Shown here: positions 59,071 to 64,000 of the stretch, one piece after another
Layout: each line of letters starts with the position of its first letter
Numbering within the stretch: position 1 is the first letter of the stretch
Assembly (NCBI GenBank): GCA_026134025.1
Contig: JAOQII010000002.1
Location: forward strand, 6,008-70,007
DNA from: Candidatus Syntropharchaeum sp.
GTDB lineage: Archaea > Halobacteriota > Syntropharchaeia > Syntropharchaeales > Syntropharchaeaceae
Length of the DNA stretch: 64,000 nt
Direction: 5' to 3'
Made by a program: the position numbers and the translations under genes
Notes under the pieces: generated by a model
Databases searched by the model: none
The model's input: only the letters and a program-made list of their open reading frames with translations
What the model was told of the DNA's origin: nothing

Positions 59071-60594
59071 CTAAAACTTGTCCTCCTCTCTGTACCATGC
59101 CGGGAACCAGCTGTAATACTCCGCAGGGTGCTCTTCCAGCAGTGCTTTGTATGTTGCCTTTGCAAGCTTTATCCTGCCTTTTTTATCTTTATAAAGGTCA
59201 ACAAGGTCTTTTTCTTCTAAGGAGAGGAGTATCTCATTCAGCTTCTCGTCATCGACATCGAATTCATCTTTTATGTCACTCGTAGCCATGTGAAGCCCTG
59301 GATTGGATCTGTAGTCTTCGCAAAGAAGCTCAATAAGTTTCTTCTCATCCAAATCCGTTCTTTTGCCTGTTCTCGGTGTCGAGATCGCTACACCAAGCTC
59401 CTCATCCATTACCCGCTTGTAATTGACCTCTAAATAATCTTTCATATCTCTAAGGCCAGCGCGGTATATCAGCATCTTCATGATCTCGTTCGTGCCCATC
59501 GTGATCTGATGTACCTTTGCATCCCGCAGTAGCCATTCAACACCGTAGAACTTCGTTAGACCATCTCCTCCCATGAGCTGGATCGCCTCTGTAGCAGATT
59601 TCACGAGCGCATCTGAAGCAAAGTTTTTTAGAATAGCACTCTCTGATGCAGGCTCCTTGCCCATATCGATCAGGTTTGCGACATGATACAGCATCAGCCT
59701 TGAAAGCTTAAAGTTTGTGATGATATCAGATAGTTTGAACTGGTTTGTCGGGAGGTCGGCCGTAACCTGTCCGAACTGGACGCGCCTGTTCATATACCAG
59801 ACAGGCTGTTTGATAGCTTCCCCCAGCATTCCGACAAGCATGCATGATCCTATCGTCCGCTCATAGTTTAAGCCTGACATCATCGCCATCCAGCCATCAC
59901 CGATGTTTCCGACCATATTCGCTTCGGGAACCTCGACATTATTCAGGCTCAGGACACCATTGGGGGTTGTATCAAACCCGATCAGATCATTTATCTTCTC
60001 AAGCTTGAAACCCGGCATGCCCTTCGTGACCAGGAAGGCAGATAGATGTTTGTATCTCTTCCTATCCTGTGGGTCGTCGCTCGTCCTTGCATAGACCATG
60101 TACCGATCCGCCACACCGGCATTTGTCGCAAATCGTTTCTTCCCGCTGATTATGTAGTGATCGCCTTCCTTCACGGCGATGGTTGCCGTTGCTGCTGCAT
60201 CTGACCCAACAAATGGTTCTGTGATGCATACCGCACCTATCTGACCCTTCGCTATATCAGGGAACCACTTCGCCTTCTGCTCCTCTGTCCCATAGACGTG
60301 GAGCTGGTGATTACCTCCAAGCGAACTTACAAGATATGTAAGCCCGATCGTTGGGAGTCTACTTAAGGCTTCGGTGACGATGCATGCTGCCGTCAATCCA
60401 GCCCCCATCCCACCATACTTCTCAGGGATATCCACACCAAGATAGCCTTTCTCACCAATCTTTTTCATGATGCCGTGTGGATACTCACGCTTCCACCATG
60501 CTCGCTCTGCTTCTGGTCTTATCTCATCGACAAAACTATCGATCTCATCTGAAAGCTTTATCTGCTTCTCGTTCCACCAGGGAAATTTTTCCAT
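59071..60594 (-). CDS. Acyl-CoA dehydrogenase with a C-terminal winged-helix-like extension
   Basis: TEPFVGSD, SGKKRFATN, MGGDG, GTNEIMK, plus about 120 extra residues. Confidence 0.9.
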   Translation of the reverse strand: MEKFPWWNEKQIKLSDEIDSFVDEIRPEAERAWWKREYPHGIMKKIGEKGYLGVDIPEKYGGMGAGLTAACIVTEALSRLPTIGLTYLVSSLGGNHQLHVYGTEEQKAKWFPDIAKGQIGAVCITEPFVGSDAAATATIAVKEGDHYIISGKKRFATNAGVADRYMVYARTSDDPQDRKRYKHLSAFLVTKGMPGFKLEKINDLIGFDTTPNGVLSLNNVEVPEANMVGNIGDGWMAMMSGLNYERTIGSCMLVGMLGEAIKQPVWYMNRRVQFGQVTADLPTNQFKLSDIITNFKLSRLMLYHVANLIDMGKEPASESAILKNFASDALVKSATEAIQLMGGDGLTKFYGVEWLLRDAKVHQITMGTNEIMKMLIYRAGLRDMKDYLEVNYKRVMDEELGVAISTPRTGKRTDLDEKKLIELLCEDYRSNPGLHMATSDIKDEFDVDDEKLNEILLSLEEKDLVDLYKDKKGRIKLAKATYKALLEEHPAEYYSWFPAWYREEDKF

Positions 60595-60663
60595 ACCTTA
60601 TGCCTCCTTTGATCTCATTCGTTCATTAACATTTACTGAATCAAAAAATAAAGAAGAGAAAGC

Positions 60664-61455
60664 TTACTTACCCTTGAAGTCGGGCTTCCGCTTCTCGAGG
60701 AATGCTGATGTCCCTTCTTTGAAGTCTTCTGTTGAAGCTGCGGTTCCGAAGCACTCAGCCTCGTAGTATAGCGCGCGATCCAGATCCATCTCGATTCCTT
60801 TGTTCACGGCAAGCTTGATGATCCCTACCGTGGCAGCACTCAGGCCTTTGAGCTTCTTGATGTACTCATCAACCTTTGCATCAAGTTCATCAACAGGCAC
60901 GACACAGTTTATGAGGTTCAGCCTTGCTGCCTCTGCTGCATCAAAGAGTGCTCCCTGACCGAGCATATTGATCTCAAGTGACTTCGTCTTACCAACGAGC
61001 CTTGTCAATCGCTGCGTACCGCCAGCACCAGGTATTACACCGAGATTGATCTCAGGCTGGCCGAACGTTGACTTATCGGATGCAATCCTGAAATCACACG
61101 CCATCGCAACCTCAAGACCGCCTCCAAGACAGAACCCATTGATCTTTGCGATGATCGGGGTCTGCATGGCTTCCATCTCCCGGGTTATCATCTGAAGCCA
61201 CATCGACCAGTTGCGAGCCTCGATCGGGCTTTTTGATTGTAACTCCGGGATATCAGCGCCTGCGCAGAATGCCTTACCGCCTGTACCTGTCAGCACAACT
61301 ACCCTGATCGATTCGTCCGCCTCTGCGTCCTGCATTGCCGCTCTTACATCGGTCATGACAGCAGTGTTCAGCGCGTTCAACGCCTTTGGACGGTTTAACG
61401 TTATCGTTGCAACACCATCTGCCTTCTCATATAAAATATTCTCAAAATCCACCAT
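60664..61455 (-). CDS. Enoyl-CoA hydratase (crotonase)
   Basis: AFCAGADI, GGGLE, QPEINLG..PGAGGTQRL. Confidence 0.95.
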   Translation of the reverse strand: MVDFENILYEKADGVATITLNRPKALNALNTAVMTDVRAAMQDAEADESIRVVVLTGTGGKAFCAGADIPELQSKSPIEARNWSMWLQMITREMEAMQTPIIAKINGFCLGGGLEVAMACDFRIASDKSTFGQPEINLGVIPGAGGTQRLTRLVGKTKSLEINMLGQGALFDAAEAARLNLINCVVPVDELDAKVDEYIKKLKGLSAATVGIIKLAVNKGIEMDLDRALYYEAECFGTAASTEDFKEGTSAFLEKRKPDFKGK

Positions 61456-61491
61456 TTATTTCACCTCCTCTTAAAAAAATAAAAGAGGGGT

Positions 61492-61896
61492 TCACTCCTC
61501 AAGACTCCAGAGTGCAGAGACCATCTCGCCTGCCGAGTACTTGTCTGCTGGTAGGACATAGTGGGTTGCCGTAACTCTCTTACCAATGAGATCCTGTGTT
61601 GCAGCGTCTGCATCAACATTGAGCCTGCCCGGAACCCATGGGCCCTCATCGGTCTCGACGATGCATGGGCAGTATGGTGCCTCAAACCCTTCAGGTGGAA
61701 CTCTACTCACGGTAAATGTCCTGAGCGTTCCCTTTCCACTGAGCTGCACAACCTCAAGATCCTCACTGCCACATGTATCGCAGACCTTCATCGGAGGACA
61801 GGTCACAGCACCACAACTCTTGCATTTTAGCCCCATGAGCTTATTTTCTCTCAGTCCGTTGTAGTAATCCTCTGCGGTCAGTATATATTCAGCCAT
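61492..61896 (-). CDS. DUF35 Zn-ribbon/OB-fold thiolase partner
   Basis: CKSC..PP..CDTC, TFTV, PY; directly after the thiolase. Confidence 0.9.
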   Translation of the reverse strand: MAEYILTAEDYYNGLRENKLMGLKCKSCGAVTCPPMKVCDTCGSEDLEVVQLSGKGTLRTFTVSRVPPEGFEAPYCPCIVETDEGPWVPGRLNVDADAATQDLIGKRVTATHYVLPADKYSAGEMVSALWSLEE

Positions 61897-61897
61897 G

Positions 61898-63088
61898 TTA
61901 CTTCCTCCTCTTCGAAAGACTGAGTACGATATGAGCAATCGTTCCGAAGTCTCCACCAAGTGTATCTGTCATACCAATCTCTGGGCCATCAACCTGCATG
62001 CCCTGCGGCATCTCGCCTCTCAACTGCTCGCAGATCGCATGAACCTGTGCTGCGCCTGTTGCACCAACCGGGTGACCTTTGCCGATAAGCCCACCTGAGA
62101 TGTTAGTCGGGTACGTTCCATCTATATCGGTGTCACCATCATCAGACGCTTTGGCGGCTGTTCCCCAGTCATAGAAGCCCATGGCCTCGAGAGCAATCGC
62201 TTCAGCCGGTGTGAAACAGTCATGAAGCTCGATCACATCGATATCACTCGGGGAGAGTCCTGCCATCTTGAGTGCCATCCGAGCCGATGCAACACGGGAC
62301 TTTGGCTTTGTAAAGTCTTTTTGTCTGAATAATGCACCTGCAGAGCCCTGCCCTGTTCCAACGATGTAAACCGGTGTGTCTGTAAGCTCCCTTGCAATTT
62401 CTGCCGTTGTTATGACAACAGCCGATCCACCATCAGAGAACGGGCAGCAATCATAAAGCCCAAGTGGTTCTGCAATCCTTGGGCCTGAAAGTACCTTCTC
62501 AACGGTGAGATCTCCCATCTTCCCATAGAACTGACCCAAAGGATTGAGCGCCCCGTACTTGTGGTTCTTGATCGTGACCGAGGCAAGCATCTCCATCAAC
62601 TTATCGAGTGGAATGTCATAGTTCACTGCGTAGAGCCTTGCAGCCATCGCAAACGCACCTGGGAACGTGTTACCTGTCACAGCTTCATACTTAGCATCTC
62701 CCCCCATCGCGAACGTCCTTGTTGCAAAAGGAGTACCCATCGTGAACGCTCGCTCGGTACCACCTGCAAGCACGATATCAAACTGACCTGATGCAACCCA
62801 CATCGCAGCATCTCTCACTGCAACGGTTGCTGATGCGCAGGCGCCCTCAAACCTTGTTGCAGGGATGTTCCCAAGCCCAATCTCAGCACCACCGAATCCA
62901 GCCATATTGACCTGCCCCTCTTCAAAATCACTGAATACGGTACCCAAAAAGAGGGCTTCTATATCCTTCTGGCTCAGACCTGATTTGTTGATTGCGTCGA
63001 TTGCTGCTTCTGCAAAAAGCTCGACATTTGACTTCGGTAGTTTACCAAATTTTGTCTGACTTGATCCAACTATCGCTACGTCTCTCAT
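61898..63088 (-). CDS. Acetyl-CoA acetyltransferase (archaeal/SCPx-type thiolase)
   Basis: EGACAS, ELHDCF, GHPVGATG. Confidence 0.95.
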   Translation of the reverse strand: MRDVAIVGSSQTKFGKLPKSNVELFAEAAIDAINKSGLSQKDIEALFLGTVFSDFEEGQVNMAGFGGAEIGLGNIPATRFEGACASATVAVRDAAMWVASGQFDIVLAGGTERAFTMGTPFATRTFAMGGDAKYEAVTGNTFPGAFAMAARLYAVNYDIPLDKLMEMLASVTIKNHKYGALNPLGQFYGKMGDLTVEKVLSGPRIAEPLGLYDCCPFSDGGSAVVITTAEIARELTDTPVYIVGTGQGSAGALFRQKDFTKPKSRVASARMALKMAGLSPSDIDVIELHDCFTPAEAIALEAMGFYDWGTAAKASDDGDTDIDGTYPTNISGGLIGKGHPVGATGAAQVHAICEQLRGEMPQGMQVDGPEIGMTDTLGGDFGTIAHIVLSLSKRRK

Positions 63089-63215
63089 TTACTCACCTTT
63101 TTAATTATGAAAAACAATCGCCTCAGGTAGTTTAAAAGTTTTTCTTTTTGCCTGCTCTAATTTTGTAAGCCCAGGCGTAATTTTACATGATTGACAAAAG
63201 TACTTGATTACAAAC

Positions 63216-63695
63216 CTATCCAACTGTGACAGGGTCGATCACACCGTCTATCACATAATCAAATGGTATCACCTTCCGCCATCCCATTTTCTCAAAGCTT
63301 CCCATGAAACACAATCCCAGGATCCTCGCATGAATCGAGATCTTCTGAATCATCGCAAAAACATCCTCTGCTGTTGTGGGATACTTCGGCATCGAAAGTC
63401 CACCGAGGATCAGGATCACATCAGGATTCATCGGGTCAGCGTGGTCGTCTGTGACCCTGTACCCGATACCCTCAACAAGTTCCATCCTTCTTGCAGACGC
63501 AATATCAGCGTTGGCGATATAGATCATCTCAAAATCCTTATTTCTCACAGCATACGCAAGAAGCTCGGCAAGCGGTGTGCAGACCCCGATCGATCCCACA
63601 AATACGATCTTCGATCCAGATTTGAACTCCTTTACCAGATCCTTAAAGGCTGTGAGAATGCCTCCAATCCCACTGTAACCCATCTTTATCGCCAT
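63216..63695 (-). CDS. DUF2124-like conserved archaeal protein
   Basis: G..GVCTPLAELLAYAVR, LGGLSMP, GLCFMGSF. Confidence 0.7.
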   Translation of the reverse strand: MAIKMGYSGIGGILTAFKDLVKEFKSGSKIVFVGSIGVCTPLAELLAYAVRNKDFEMIYIANADIASARRMELVEGIGYRVTDDHADPMNPDVILILGGLSMPKYPTTAEDVFAMIQKISIHARILGLCFMGSFEKMGWRKVIPFDYVIDGVIDPVTVG

Positions 63696-64000
63696 CCAAT
63701 ATACCTTCTTATTGCATCCACCCGATCATCAGGCGAGAATATCACGAGACGATCGCCTGCCCTGATCAACGTATCACCTCTTGGGATTATTATACCTTCC
63801 TCCCTAAGTATCGCTATGATGATGCCGCCAGGCAACGTGATATCTGAAAGTCCAACCCCAATCAACCTGTGGTGAGGGGGTATAGGTACCTCGAAGATTC
63901 TTGTCCCATAGATCGGTGACCTGTCAACCGCGCGTTTTCTTCTTGATGCGATCACATCACCTGCCATCGCCTTCACATGCGCCCTTGCGATATCAGACCT
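63686..64000 (-). CDS. TrkA-family potassium uptake protein, C-terminal RCK_C domain (partial)
   Basis: L.G..LSDITLP..IIAILREEGIIIPRGDTLIRAGDRLV. Confidence 0.75.
   Translation of the reverse strand, partial: RSDIARAHVKAMAGDVIASRRKRAVDRSPIYGTRIFEVPIPPHHRLIGVGLSDITLPGGIIIAILREEGIIIPRGDTLIRAGDRLVIFSPDDRVDAIRRYIGWR

Noticed and set aside
63204..63875. 223-aa plus-strand ORF
   Set aside because: Antisense to the DUF2124-like and TrkA genes

Overview
Gene-dense archaeal chromosome segment. Gene content points to an anaerobic multi-carbon alkane oxidizer of the Ca. Syntrophoarchaeum type (inference, not a marker-gene assignment). In order: end of cobamide genes (cobQ, cobS); a complete CODH/ACS operon (cdhABC-cooC-cdhDE); uvrA; an HdrD-like FeS oxidoreductase-etfBA-acyl-CoA dehydrogenase operon; an Archaeoglobus-type F420H2:quinone oxidoreductase (fqo) operon with Mrp-like antiporter subunits, followed by DUF22, mvhD, fdhB-like and truncated fdhA-like genes. 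Next is a highly divergent alkyl-CoM reductase alpha subunit (acrA/mcrA) without mcrB/mcrG, embedded among two unknown ORFs, an SCP2-like protein, a U32-family Fe-S protein and a small Cys protein; this cluster is the most intriguing system here. The rest holds tRNA-Asp, a nucleotidyltransferase-like/PMI/PMM triple fusion, glnA with a divergent Lrp regulator, a 9-heme PGF-CTERM cytochrome, aglB, arlIJ-like genes without archaellins, housekeeping genes (ahcY, rio1, aIF-1A, ribD-like, fae-hps) and a beta-oxidation cluster. Three genes, including aIF-1A, appear to need non-canonical (CTG/ATT) start codons. No CRISPR, rRNA or mobile element was seen.
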